Both the position numbers and the translations under genes were made by a program. Source: Chrysomallon squamiferum (taxonomy: Eukaryota; Animalia; Mollusca). Taken from it: a DNA stretch of 64,000 nucleotides. The notes beneath the pieces are model-generated. The model ran no database searches, was not told the origin of the DNA, and saw nothing but the letters and a program-made list of their open reading frames with translations. The stretch lies in NCBI GenBank assembly GCA_012295275.1, contig CM022669.1, forward strand, positions 9,796,001-9,860,000. The letters run 5' to 3'. Shown in pieces: positions 1 to 14,231 of this stretch. The first letter of the stretch is position 1; every line of letters begins with the position of its first letter.

Positions 1-84
1 TTCGTCTGCTCTGAAGGACTGTATTCATAACCTAGTAACTTAACCCAAGAATAACTGACTCTTGTGACCAATAAATGTTAAAAT

Positions 85-134
<50 letters not shown>

Positions 135-269
135 GATTAAGATAGTAACTTACGTTATGGCTTCTTCTTCTGACTTAGTTTCTGGATCTTCTCTGGCATG
201 TAACGACATCTTTTCCGACATTTCAATGTCGGCCGCGCTAGAAGACATTATCTGTTTAACTGTTGGCAT
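1..269 (-). other. Possible 5' exons of a minus-strand gene running off the left edge (product unknown)
   Basis: Consensus donor GTAAGT at 153-148 and acceptor ttattcag ending at 85 flank a 69-nt (AAT)n intron. The upstream exon has an ATG at 269 (MPTVKQIMSSSAADIEMSEKMSLHAREDPETKSEEEAI), but splicing to base 84 gives a stop two codons later. It may be a uORF/5'UTR with the main ATG at 28 (MNTVLQSRR...). No recognisable homology. Confidence 0.25.
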
Positions 270-1184
270 CAACGACGTCAACTCTGTGGTTAACGTCAGA
301 CACAGACAGCAATCACTGCGCGCTTCGAACGTGTCGCTGTTGTTGCTGTTGTTGACAACGATGGCGATGGCAGTAATGGTGAGAGTATAATCACGTTTAT
401 TTTGTAAACAACTGTATTTTCAGGGACGGCAAATTTGTTTTTTACAACTGACTGAATGTTCGACGTACTGGCAAATCACAAACCGATATTTATCACATGG
501 AAACAAACTCCAGCATTATCCCTCGGTGATTAAAACGACAGCAGCAGTATCGACATAAGACATATTTCCAAATTTTAAAATAACCTTCGGTGTGTATGGC
601 TACAGCAGCAACAGCCACGGAAACAGTGACGTCAAGCTTTTCACGTAGAATTCATTCTCTTCGTTTCTTTTCTTTGATTTGTTCTTTTCTTAATAGGTCC
701 CTTTTTATATTTTATTTCTATTTTTCTATTTTTTTTTAATTTTTTTTTTAATAGAAGAACAACTGAACACTTTTACAAGAGCACACAAGAAATAATATTT
801 TCTCCTCTCCTTATTCGTTGAAAATGTGAGACAGGAAGAACGAAGAAGAAAAAAAAAAAAAAAAAAAAAAAAGAAAGAAAAGCAGTTGTAATCACCTTAG
901 TTTTGTGGTTGCATCTTGTAATAGATTGCTGCAATTTTGATATTTTCCTGACGCCTACTGTTCTGTATCGGAGATCTCACAAAGATAAAATACTGTTATT
1001 CCGCGTCCTTAGACACACGTAGGTCACCAGTCTAACCCGTCACCCACGTACAAACACACAACGTGGTTCCAGGCGGCGGAGGTGTTGTGAAATATCAGTG
1101 TATTCTCCCGTAACAGCTACACAGCTAAAATAGTTTATGTAAAAAAAGTTATTATTATTATTACTATTACTATTACTGTTGTTG

Positions 1185-1341
<157 letters not shown>

Positions 1342-2773
1342 CATTATTATTATTATTATTAACTGATCCAAAAAATTATTAATGATGTCGGTTGAAGTAT
1401 TTCGCATGTAAAGAGATAGGCATCTGAATTAATTTTAACTTACAATTTCAAACACATAATTAAATAAATGAACTGTTTACTTCTGATTCTGAAAAACTAA
1501 GCAATATTTTTCCTACATCGAGAACCTATTCTCAAACAGATTTTGTACTTATCTATCATTTTATTTAAAAAGACAAAATATGCATTATTTATTATACTAC
1601 TAATAATTACATTTGACATAAAACATAACGAGATATCTACCTGAAATTTGCAAGTACATCGTCTGCTATAAACTGTCGTCTGCGCGCCAGATTATCAGAC
1701 ACACCACAGGAGGCCAGACGAGAGAATAAAAAAAGAATCAAATTTATCGATATTCAACCATCAGAATAAAATAAAATCCTTCGTGTTTTGTGTCGTTACA
1801 CTCGGGTCTCCGGGCATCACGATTTCTGTCCAAGAATGTTAGAAAAAGGAAGCAGCTAGAATTACGGGCCGCATTAAGACGTAAGCGCGACTAATGACAG
1901 ATAGAGTTTTAGCACGCTGGACAATAATACCGCTGAAATGAAATGCTGTGTAGGGAAGATACCGCGGGCTTTACGCAGACGACAGAAGCAGAATCGGTCG
2001 CGTGGCTTATTATGCACTGCCGGCAGTTGCGACTCTCACTGGAGGGCAAACGTGGCCGAGTGTAGGGAGCCCACGGGTCTGTACCCAACAAAAATAACAC
2101 CGAGGAAAAAGCGAAGCCATGTTAAAATGAATGCCGTGATCATCTTTGGCACTGTCTGGCAGAAATCGTTGTAGTCAAATTGAGCAATTAGGTCTGTTTA
2201 TTTGTTAAACATCTTTCTGACGCCATCAAGGGAGGCTCTGTTAGGATATTAGTAGGGTAAAGGGTCGGTGAGTCAACGTCAGATCGCAAAACCTTATGTC
2301 CCCCCAAAAATAAAGTTTAATTTCTATTTCTTCATCTTTCTTTTTCTTTTTTTATTATTATTATTTCTTAGTGCTTTTTCACACACACACACACACGCCA
2401 ATATATTATATTTCCGATCAATGAAATTTAATCATAACATAATATATTCCAGGCAAAAAAAACAAATGACATCTCAAATTGAAGGTTTCATTGTCAATGG
2501 TTGTAAAAAGAGAAGTGTTTGTTTATTTTCGTTTCAGTTTTTTTCGTTCCTTTTGTTTTCGTTCTTTCTTGCTACTGATTCAGTTGCTGTTGTCGTTGGT
2601 GCTGTTGAACTAGCTGGTTTTTGCAATTAGATGTAAATACGGAAAATCATTTATTGCGTATAACTGAGAAATAATTATATTTGTCTATATGTCTATCATT
2701 TATGCCTGCATACACACATACATAAATATATACTTATTACACATAAACACACGTACGCAGCACATACACATAC

Positions 2774-2826
<53 letters not shown>

Positions 2827-3736
2827 TATACCCATACGTATATAATACGTACATGAATGCATACATATAGGCAGATATTCATATTCATCTTTATCTATTT
2901 TTTATTTTTTAATTACATTTATCATAAACATATACTAATAATCTATATAAAAAATATATATATATATCTTCTTATTCCAATCACCTTCTTTTCTCCATAC
3001 AATAACTACTACTACAGCTACTACAACGACAATACTACTGTTATTGTTATTATTAATATTACCATAATCAAAATTTATTTATTTATTTGTGATTGTTGAT
3101 TCATTTCATTATTTATTTATTCATCCATTCATTTATTCATTTATTAGTTCATTTATTCATTCACTGTTATTATTATTAATAATTATTCTAATCGACCGAT
3201 TTAATATAACAAAATCCTTCTTTTCAGAATGTTCATTAGTTTCGCGACTGCCTCATCTCCTCTTGGATCTTGGACTTCCTGCATTAAGAATCTTCTCACT
3301 TGTTGTGTTGGACATTCTGTGGGCAGTTTCTAATTAAACTGAGATCTGTGGTCTAATTTCAGGTCCATCAGAGAAAAACGAGGCCAGCCTGTATCGTGAC
3401 GTCATCATTCATGATACTGGTTTAAGAAGACGGTTGTGTGGAAACCCTTATTCGGGTCAAACTTGACCGTCTTTAATCAAATGACAGTGAAATTTGTTTG
3501 ATGCTGGTGAATTGTAACTTTTAATTGAATTAAAACAGGTGGAACAGTTTAGAGAATAACCGGTATTCGAGAAAGAGAAAATAATAAAGCTTTGTAGTAC
3601 TTCTTAAATTTATTAAAGCAAATATTATTTTGTGCGTATATAGCTTACACACGCACCACACGTTCATTCATCAATTCATAATTTTATGTGCCAACGTACA
3701 CGATAAACAAATACACACACACACACACACATACAT

Positions 3737-3960
3737 ACATACAAACAAATATATTCACACGCACATACATTCACATATGCATACACAAACACACATACAC
3801 ATAAATATATTCACACACATACATACATTCACATATGCATACACAAACACACATACAAACAAATATATTCACACACATACATATATTCACATATGCATAC
3901 ACAAACACACATACAAACAAATATATTCACACACATACATACATTCACATATGCATACAT
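3737..3960. repeat. Minisatellite, about 4 copies of a 56-58 bp AC-rich unit
   Basis: Unit catacaaacaaatatattcacacacatacatacattcacatatgcatacacaaacaca repeated with small variations. Confidence 0.8.
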
Positions 3961-4401
3961 ATACACATACATACAACCATATGTAACAACATATAAACGA
4001 AAAAAAATATATATATATTTTCTGATTATGAAGTCCTATTATGATCACGTTGGCGTCCATCTTCTGTCACTAAGGCAGAATTAACCATATCGTATTTCAT
4101 TAACACACTTTATTTTAACACCAGCTAAAAATATAACCAGTTAAAAATAAACCGGCAAACAGTCAATAAAAGGATTTGTTGTATTTTTTTGTTACGTTCA
4201 AACACGTCGTCTAGTTGTCAGTTGCAGCCAGTTCTGAACTTGAATATGTCAGATATTTACAGAGATTCACAGCTGTTTAATTAGCATTTCCTTTTTTTAC
4301 TCTTTATTTTTTATTTTAATTTAATTTGAGCAGTTTGTAAAGATTACCAGTTTATTAACATTGCGTTTTCTTTTCTCATTTTTTATTTCGATCTTAGTTT
4401 C

Positions 4402-4458
<57 letters not shown>

Positions 4459-4710
4459 ACTATATGTGTGTTTGTGTGTGTCTAATTCGCTTGTTGTTTA
4501 ATTTTATTTTTAGAATCTTGTACATTTTCTTTTTTGGGGGTATAATTTGACTCAGTTACTTTCGTTTCCGGTTGTTTTTTTCCCCCATTTCATTTGTTTT
4601 ATTTGTTTGTCGTTTTTTTTTTTTTTTTTTTTTTTTTTTTGTCATTATTTCTAATATTTATTTCTGATTTTGGGGGATGCATTGTTATATCTGTAATTTA
4701 TTTCTTAGTC

Positions 4711-4742
<32 letters not shown>

Positions 4743-7067
4743 CACGTATGATGTATTATTCTTGAAGTACGGACTGGAACGAGAAATATTTGAATGGATA
4801 CACTGAGAGAGATTGATCCTGTAACAAACGAATACATCTCTGACCTTCAGACAAGAAGAACCACCGTTTTATTTTCAAAAACAATTAAATAAAAAAATAA
4901 AAAAAAAAAAAAAAATGCCTATCAGTGTTAATTCCGTCCATCCGTCTTTCTGTTGACGCAACTGTCAAGGAGACAGAAATATCGAAAAGGGTAAGAAGAA
5001 CGTGGTTACGGGATGACGAGTTTAAGCGAATCAGGAAATCTTTGTTCGTTTTGACTGGTGGTCTTCCCGGCAGACTGCACCAGTGTTTTCTGTTTAATTG
5101 ATTTTTCTCGTTTGATGAAACTTTCTCCCTCGACCTTTACGTAATCACAGCAGCAATAAACGAGTTAAAGCTTTCTATTCCAGAATGAATCCGCTACGAG
5201 CCTGACGTGAAACGTTTTTTTTTTTTCTTCCACATTTAAACACTTCGTTACAAATCAGAGAGGACGTGGGATCGATTTTTACTTCAGGAAGGAAAATAGA
5301 AGTTTTTTTTCTTCTTCTTTTTCTTCTTCCATTTACTGCTTCTATTACTGTTACTACTGGTGCTGCTGTTGGTAAAACTATTACTACTACTACTACTACT
5401 ACTATTACTACTACTACTACTACAACTACTATTAGTATTTTAACTAGTGCTATTATAACAACTACTACCATTATTACCACTAAACTGTTATTACTTTTAC
5501 TGAGCTTTTCCAACTATTACTTCAATTATTACTATTACCAACTAATACATTTACTACTTCTGCTATTATTGCTGTTGTTCCTTTTACTACTACAACTGCT
5601 ATGTCTTCTAAAACTGCTGCTTCTACTATTATGTGTATTACAACTACGACTACTACAACGTTACTATTATTATTAAGATTACTAAAATTAAAATCATTTT
5701 TTTTAATTGTTTTGCTTTTTTCTTATTGCTACACTAATAATGTTACTTATATACGGCATGGTGATAATACTACTGCTGTTATTTGAACTATTTATTACAT
5801 CAGTTAATGTTTCTCCTAATACTAGTAATTAACGGAGTATAATTTGTTTTTACAACTAGTATTACAAGTGCTGTTGTTATTACTACATCTACCACTATTA
5901 TCATTCAACAATATATCCTGTCATAAAATGGTAATGACAGTAATAATAACTGCAGTAGTAATAGTAATACAGATTGTAGAAATGGTAGTGGTATCAATAA
6001 TTGTAATAATGGAATAATAGTCATAGTGGTAGCAGTAGTAGTAGCTAGTTTGATATAGTTGGTGTAGTAGTAGGAGCATGTATAATGGTGGTGGCAGTAG
6101 TAGTAGTATGTATGTATGTATCTGAAACAGTACCAAGCTTTATAAAATTCTTTTTCTCCCAGGGAAAATTTCCGTCCATTACAAAATCGATGATATTATT
6201 ATTGGCATCGCTTTTTTTTCTACTCCCCCTCCTCATATTTAAACCAAAAACAAAAAAAATTAAACGATATTCTACTTAACCATAAATCGAGCAGATATTT
6301 GACAAAATCAAGACAGCTCACATCATCGTGGGTTACAATGTGATCGATCAACTGACCGTCTGTGAAGCACGGTTCTGTTTTACCAGGCTACACGAAAATA
6401 ACGTGTCTATTTCGAGAATGTAGTAGTTACCAGCGCAATGAGTGCGGATACCGGGTTATTGATGTCGCGTGACGTAACAGAAGAAACACATCGATTTGTC
6501 TGCGGTATTGCAGTTCTGTGCAGAAAAATGAGCCTAATAAAAATAATCATTCCATTTAACAAACAACTACACAGCCGTAAGGGGATTCGGTTAGTGTCCG
6601 ATCCAGAAAACAAGAGCGCCGAGTGTAGAAAAAGGTCGTCTGACATTGACTGGTACAAGGTTTATTAAGTTGAGCGTAATTACTGTGTTAACAAGTCGTC
6701 GTCACGTCATTAACCGTCAAACGGTTTCATAATGGCGGTGTACTTCAAAGGACAGACGAACTCGTAAGAATAAATAAATAGATAAATAAATAAATAAATA
6801 GAAGAAGAAAATGTCGGGTCATCATATTAAGGGTAAGCTATCGTCTAAGCTGCTGGTAATGAAGTTATTATATAATACAAATATGGCAGAGAGGAAGATA
6901 AACATATTCGCTGATTACTTCTTACGTGGTCAGGTTTAAGAGTCTACCATCAGATTCTAGGAGATTAGACTTAAGGATTGTAGATCTAGAAATCAAAGCT
7001 GTGTATAAACTCCTATTTTACGACAATCGATCTGTATTTTCTGTATGAAATTATTATTATTATTATT

Positions 7068-7120
<53 letters not shown>

Positions 7121-7798
7121 CTAAAAGTATTCATGACATCTTATATCTAAAGCCTCTTTGGTATTTAGTATCAGAGATCGTCGCATTTTCAAGTGAATCT
7201 CAGTTTAGTTGTTATCATTATCGTTGTTGTTGTTGTTATGTTTTGTCGTTTTGACTTTTACATCTTTATTTACAGTTTCTGACAGTTTAGTAAGTAAGTC
7301 ATATTAAATATTTTAAATATTTAAATATAACAACAACAACAACAAAAACAATAAAAATAAACAATAATGAAAATATATTCACGAAATATACTTTCTACTT
7401 TATTAAATTTTCAGTTACTTTTTAATTGATGTTCATACAATTAATAAACATACAAGCAAACAAACAAACTAACAAACTAACTAATAAACAAATAAATAAA
7501 TAAGTAAATAAATACCGGATATAATGTCTGTGAACTGTCTTTATCGCCATGCCATCACTTCGTAAAAAAAATACGACGTCAACAATTGACTGACGTCAGT
7601 GACAACAGTTGCAGTTCTGGCGGACCTGAACGTTTTGTCAACAGATTATACTCCGAAATAGAGAAAACAAACGTAAGTTAACAATCTCATTTTGTATGTA
7701 AATTACTGACTGAAAAGTACTGGTTCTGTCCAGACGTTTTACTGAATAATAAATTAACAGTTGAAGAGGATGAGTTTGCCTGTTCGTGTGTATGACTG

Positions 7799-7802
<4 letters not shown>

Positions 7803-7861
<59 letters not shown>
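7803..7861. repeat. (GT)n microsatellite
   Basis: Direct reading. Confidence 0.95.
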
Positions 7862-7863
<2 letters not shown>

Positions 7864-8622
7864 CTAATGAAAAACTTGAAAAGAAAATTAAATAACTGCT
7901 TTTTAATTTAGTAACTTTATCGTTTCTTGTTTTTCCTTTCTTCATATATTTCCTTAATTTTCTCCCTTACATTGTATTAAAAATATTGTTTTTTAATCTA
8001 AAATATTCAACAACGAATTATTATTAAAATTAGTTTTAATCGCATAGTATTGCTTTTCTGAGAAAGAACAAGTATTTAGTTATTTATAAATAATAGATGT
8101 GCAGATTTCGTGAAACGTATGAGTGAAGATAAATAATTAATTGTAATTTCCTGTGATTCTGCCTTAACCACAAATGTGTGTTAGAAGGTTTCAAGACTGG
8201 ATTTTAACCTTTTAAATTTGCGTCCAAATTATTTTTGTATTTTTAGGCCGAAGCTTCTTAATTTATTCATAACATACGACACAAGAAATATACTTCAACT
8301 CCAGGCACTAAATGTATCTATATGTTTTTGTTAACACTGAATCCATAGACAACAATCAAAAAAAAAAAAAATAAATAAAAAAAAAAAAAAAATAAAAAAA
8401 ATAAAAGAAATAAATAAAGTAAATAAATAAAATAAAATAAAATAAAATAAAATAAAATAAAATAAAATAAAATAAAATAAATAATAATAATAATAAAAAA
8501 AAAAATATATAAATAAATTTAAACTAGTTGCTTAATATATAATTAAGTGAAAAAAAAAATTGAAACAAAGAGACAAATAAAAAGTGACAAGAAGGCAACA
8601 GTCAAGTGATAATGTCCTCACC

Positions 8623-8661
<39 letters not shown>

Positions 8662-9316
8662 AAAGAATGAAATAGAAAAATAAAATAATGTAAAAAAAAA
8701 TAATAATAAATATAAATGAATATAAAAAATCTACGCGCCACTCTAAAATACTTCAAAACACGACCATCACGTTAAAATACAATACTGTTGATGAAAGCTA
8801 ACGAAATGTCAAGAACGCACAAACAGAATTAAAATCGTTTCTTCTTTTCGTCCCTCGCCTCTGGCAATGCCACGTCGAATTAAGAAACATTTTAAACTCG
8901 TTAGACACGATTCTTTTGTTTATTTTTGTACGCACAGCTCGAAGACAAATTGATGATTAGGTATCACACAACTCGAGGAAATCTGATTTTCTTCTCATTC
9001 AGAGCTGACCACAATACAATTTGATTACACTGGCCTTAACTGAAAATTCCTGCAAATAGATAGGAAAGGACCACCAATTCTTTAGCTGTAAGAATAAGTT
9101 GAACACACAACAAAACCTCCCAAAAAACCCCATCAACAACAACAAAGAAACATACATTAAAGCCAACAACAACAACAACATCATCACCACCACCCCCGCA
9201 AAAAGAAAATGAAAATGAAAACGAAAAGAATAAATCAAAACAAACAAAAACATGTAACAAAACAAAGAAAAACCAAAAAGTATTCATTGCGGGATGGAAA
9301 AATCGATGTATTTAAT

Positions 9317-9317
<1 letters not shown>

Positions 9318-9411
<94 letters not shown>
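9318..9411. repeat. (CT)n microsatellite
   Basis: Direct reading. Similar (CT/AG)n tracts at about 14157-14228, 16577-16680, 17451-17552 and 57212-57270. Confidence 0.95.
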
Positions 9412-9413
<2 letters not shown>

Positions 9414-10410
9414 TTTAACGCTAATACGAGATGCAGGTCATATATACATGTACATATATAAATGTTGCATCAGATTTTATAACATCTCTTGTCCAGGACA
9501 GACGTACTAGGACAACTGAGGCAGACATAAGCAGGTTAATAATGTCGTGTGAAAAAAAAAAAACATGTGAATGCTTGAACATCTCGCCGTCGAATTACTT
9601 CCCTGTTTACACAGAATTGATCAGGGCAGACCTGAGCTTTATTAAGTTTCTACGTGTTAGTCATTGATGTATCGACACAGAGGTGCTTCACAGATTTTAT
9701 TCGAAAATATTTTGCAGTTATTCTTCGTTTTCGTCGTTGTTGTTGTTGCTCCTGCTCCTGCTGCTGCTGTTGTCGTAATTACTAGACATAGTTTTTTTTT
9801 TTTTTTTTTTTGGTTTATACATATACTAAGTAGGGATATCTCTAAATGATTATCTGGGATGGCCATCAGCCGCCAGTCCTAGCCGATTTTATATATTAAC
9901 CATTTCATTATAACCACTCCAAAAGACTCCGATATTAAGATTTTATATGCATATCACTCGTACAATGATATTAATTTTGCTTATGGCAGTCTTCACGCTG
10001 AAATACACTGACCAACTTACCGTCACACTATTTGATCAATGTTAATAATTTTCTGGCCTTTCCAACGTAGAAACTTGTTAATTTTGTCCCTTTCGGTGCA
10101 ATAAATGTAGTGGTAGTAGTTGTCGTAGTAGTAATATTAGTAATAGGAGGAGGAATGGTGGTAGTGGTAGTAGCAGTATAGTAAAAAAAATACTAATACA
10201 TAATTTATTTAAGCTGGACGTTATGAGAAAGATAAATAAAACTGCACAAAAATTGACAGCAAAATGAAATTTATATAATTATCATTATTATTGTTACATA
10301 TAAAATTTATATATATATATGTATATATTATTTTATTTTATTTTAATATTAATTTAGACTCTTTCAATTAAACATTCTATTGCGAATCATGTAGAAAAAC
10401 AGTTGTTCAG

Positions 10411-10444
<34 letters not shown>

Positions 10445-11291
10445 GTAGTACTACATTTTTAAGAACAAAATGAAAATAAATAAATAAATAAAAAATAAAA
10501 TAAAAATTAAAATAAAATAAAATTAAATAAAAAAAAAATTAAAATAAAAAAAATAATAATAATAAAATTAGTCAACGCCTATTATACCTATATGCATTTG
10601 CTGATACAACTACTTAAAACTGTTTAAGTTTAAATTTATTTTATTTTATTTTATTTTTATTATTATTTTTTATTTTTATTTTTTTGTAGCAAATGCAAGT
10701 GATTTGTTACAGATGCTTTTCTTCCATCCAACGTTCTCTCTATTTCTAGCTTTTGTTTTGATGGATGATTTTGTTTATGGTTGACAATAAGTCTGACTGA
10801 TAATAAAACCTTTCTTTACTGCAAGCATTAAGGCTCAGAGTTTTGAAACTGATGTATTATGTCTTTACTTCTCTTTTTTCACCCATTACTCGTAATCTGA
10901 AAAGTCGTCAATATTCTCTGCAGTATTAAAGTCTGAAATGAAAGTTATGGCTCGATCCATGATTTTAGGTATCACATAAAATAATACATAGCTACATACA
11001 GCATATATACATACATGTGTATGTACATACACATATATGTGTGTGTACGTGTGTGTGTGTGTGTGTGTGTGTGTACGTCATTATAGACTTTACCTCACAG
11101 AACTAGGCATAACTTTCATTTCGTTCATTTCATATAAAATGACGTATATATTCGTCCATGGTACACAACACACACACGCACACAGACACACACAACGATA
11201 TATTCATTATGTAACATTGACATATTACATGACCCAATGAAAACTAGATTTTATACATTGAAGGTGACAAATAAATAAAATTAAAAATTAA

Positions 11292-11327
<36 letters not shown>

Positions 11328-12101
11328 CTTCCTTCTCAAATGCAATTACTGTTAATACTGTTCTTATTAACACATTGGTCAAAATCAAAGGAAGCTCAGA
11401 CTGTGTAGAATTTTTCTTCATGCACAGCCTAGGACAGGAATGCTGTATTTAATAAGTGTTTGTTTATAAGTGTTTTAATCTAAATATATTGTTTATAATA
11501 CGATAAATCTGCTTGACTTTCTTTTTAAATTTTTTTTTTTTTAAATTGTATTAAATCAACATTTAATGAACAAATGAATAATTTAAGAAAACTATGATGA
11601 TGTGGATGGTGATTGTAATAATAAACAACATTTAAATAAAGCACTGAATACAAGAATAAAACAAATTACGAGTTTCTTAATTTTTTTATTATTATTTTTA
11701 AATTTTGTTTGTTTTATTATAAATGGTTTGTTTTTACATAAATTAGAATTCAGTTGTTTGTTTGTTTGTTTTTTTTGTTTGTTTATTTGTTTATTGGTGT
11801 GCCTTTTTTCCCTCGTTTGATAATGTGTGGGAATAAAAAAAAAAAAAAAAAACAAAAAAAAACAAACAAAAACAAAAAACAACAACAACATAAAAGGAAT
11901 AATGCTTAAGGTTAGAGACAGAGAGAGAGAGAGGAGATAAATAGACAGATAGACAGACAATTACTCACAAACAGAGAGAGAATCAGACTGTGGATTGATA
12001 TTATTCCTAAGCAATAACAATAATATAGGAGAAAAAAAAATTTAATACAAAAAGAAATGTTTAGATGTATGAAAATATTTGTCTATAACTAATGGTGATA
12101 A

Positions 12102-12151
<50 letters not shown>

Positions 12152-12173
12152 GCAGAACTTATTAGCTGAGCTA

Positions 12174-13068
12174 TTAACAGCATCGTTTTCCCCTGAAGGC
12201 GTTTCTGATATCTCTGCAGAAAAGCCAACAAAGCGGCAACATCAGTGACTTCACAAACAGAAGCCAAAAACTGAAGACGCGAATCCAGTTAAGGGCAGAG
12301 CACTCTGAAGTAGAATGACACGTGATCTTATTGGCCGTTGCTAGCAACAGGAAAAATGGCGTGTAGAACAAAATGGTGGCAAAACTGGCCAGCACAATAT
12401 CGACAGGCGCGCGAATCCGCTCTCCGGACATGTCTAAGCCGGTCGTGCGTTTTTTAACGAAATATAACGCCACCGCCGCTATCAGCGAAACCATGATTAA
12501 CACACTGCCTGAGGAACAAAACAGATTAAGATGAAAATTAACGCCAAGGGCCCGTCGTCCAGGGTCCTGATACAAGGATCTCTGATGTACGCTAGACTGG
12601 GCACCGTCGCCAGGATAAACATAGGAATTATAACAGACAAGGAAACAATCCACGGAAAGAGCGCCAAAAGGCCGTCATGACGTACTTTGACGTTCCGCCT
12701 GAATACATGAAACATGCTATGTTGAAAATGTAATCCATATTTATTACAAACAGCGCTAAACTTGTCACTGATGGAATCAGGGACATCAGAGAAAGGCCCA
12801 GTGTGTTTAGCACCATGCACGGATGAATCCATTTCTGTCTGTAAGTAATATCTGCGTACAGGGCGCAAACGAACACACCCATGAGGAGATCTCCGAGTGC
12901 CAGGTTGGCGACGAGAAAATGCTTCGTAGATTTCCGTAATTTTGCCGAACTGGTGATGACAAGTATGATTAGAAGATTGTTGAATAAGATGAGGGCGCCG
13001 AACACGATGTAGAGGACGAAGTCGATGTCGTTGTTGGGTTGTGAATTGATTCCTGGAGTGAAAGACAT
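12174..13068 (-). pseudogene. Divergent class A (rhodopsin-like) GPCR, single coding exon, two -1 frameshifts (pseudogene or assembly indels)
   Basis: Acceptor tttcag (exon starts at 13073), ATG at 13068. Frame A: TM1-3 (LILFNNLLII, NLALGDLL, C at top of TM3, INMDYIF at the DRY position). Frame B: TM4-5 (LLALFPWIVSLSVIIP...PC...LIFILICFVP). Frame C: TM5-7 (FYTPFF, KSLMLPLCW, helix 8 RDIRNAF, terminal CC, TAA at 12174-12176). Adding one base near 12670 and one near 12513 gives a 298-aa 7TM protein. Confidence 0.75.
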
Positions 13069-13983
13069 TGTTTCTGAAAAATAAACAAAATAAAACATAC
13101 AAATAAATAAATAAATAAATAAAATAATAAAATAATCAGAAATTAATGTTATTTGAAGTATACCTAGTGTGGTGCCAACAAAGAGCAGTTTAATTTTATT
13201 CAAATAAGAGACAAATATTTGCTGATAAAAAAAAGTATAGCAATAATGACGTTAAGAAACGCTGTTCAGTCCTATGTGCTCATTGGAATTATTCCCGTTC
13301 CACAAAAGTTTATCAGCGGCGATAATATATGCTTTTCTATGTCTTTTGTTGCTGTCTGATTAAAAACAGCCTTACAGCTATTGCTGTAAATCTCTAAACC
13401 TTTCTTATTTTAATGCTTTGAGATATTATTAAATAAACATTCCGTAAGATAAGTTAATATTTAATTTCACTACCACTGCTAAATTGGTCAAGTGAAGTTT
13501 AAAAAAAAAAAAAAAAAAGAAGTTTCAAATGTAAAGCTCAAACAACAGAAATCGCATTGAAACCCACACCGAGAGACAGGGTCGTTAATATCGACTATCA
13601 AAGTTTCTACGAATTACGGTCTTAAAGGAATGTACATTAGAAATCCACAGTCATTTCTTTATCGCTTACTCCTCCTATACATAGACAAGGATCTTCCGCA
13701 CAAGATAATTAGAACTAGTTCGCGATGCACGTTCTTGTGACTCGCTGAATATGATAACGACTAACAACGTGCATGTGTTTCATATCCTTTATCGCCAGAG
13801 GGGCACACAACGATAAAATTCCTGCAGACGTAGTCAGAACGCGCGGGGTGTGTGGCGGGGAAAAATCAATCTCGTGGTTCAGCGAAGCGGAATGACAGAA
13901 CAGGTGGGTCTTAGTTCCAATCAAACTAAAGCGGGCAGAGGTTTCATTCATCGGTGTCAAAAGTTAACTAGCAGGTGAAGAAT

Positions 13984-14021
<38 letters not shown>

Positions 14022-14152
14022 GTTAGCACCTGTTGAATATATTAATGATCTATCTATTTATAAATTTATGTATATATAACTGTATATAGGGTTTATTTAT
14101 TTTACATTATTATAAAGAAATTGCAAAGTCTATATTTGATAGCTCTATTTGA

Positions 14153-14231
<79 letters not shown>

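Noticed and set aside
3737-3960. Regularly spaced repeats resembling a CRISPR array
   Set aside because: No unique spacers, AC-microsatellite-derived unit, eukaryotic context and no cas genes.
12500-12680. Programmed -1 ribosomal frameshifting in the GPCR
   Set aside because: No canonical slippery heptamer at either site; two sequential shifts are less parsimonious than indel error or pseudogenisation.
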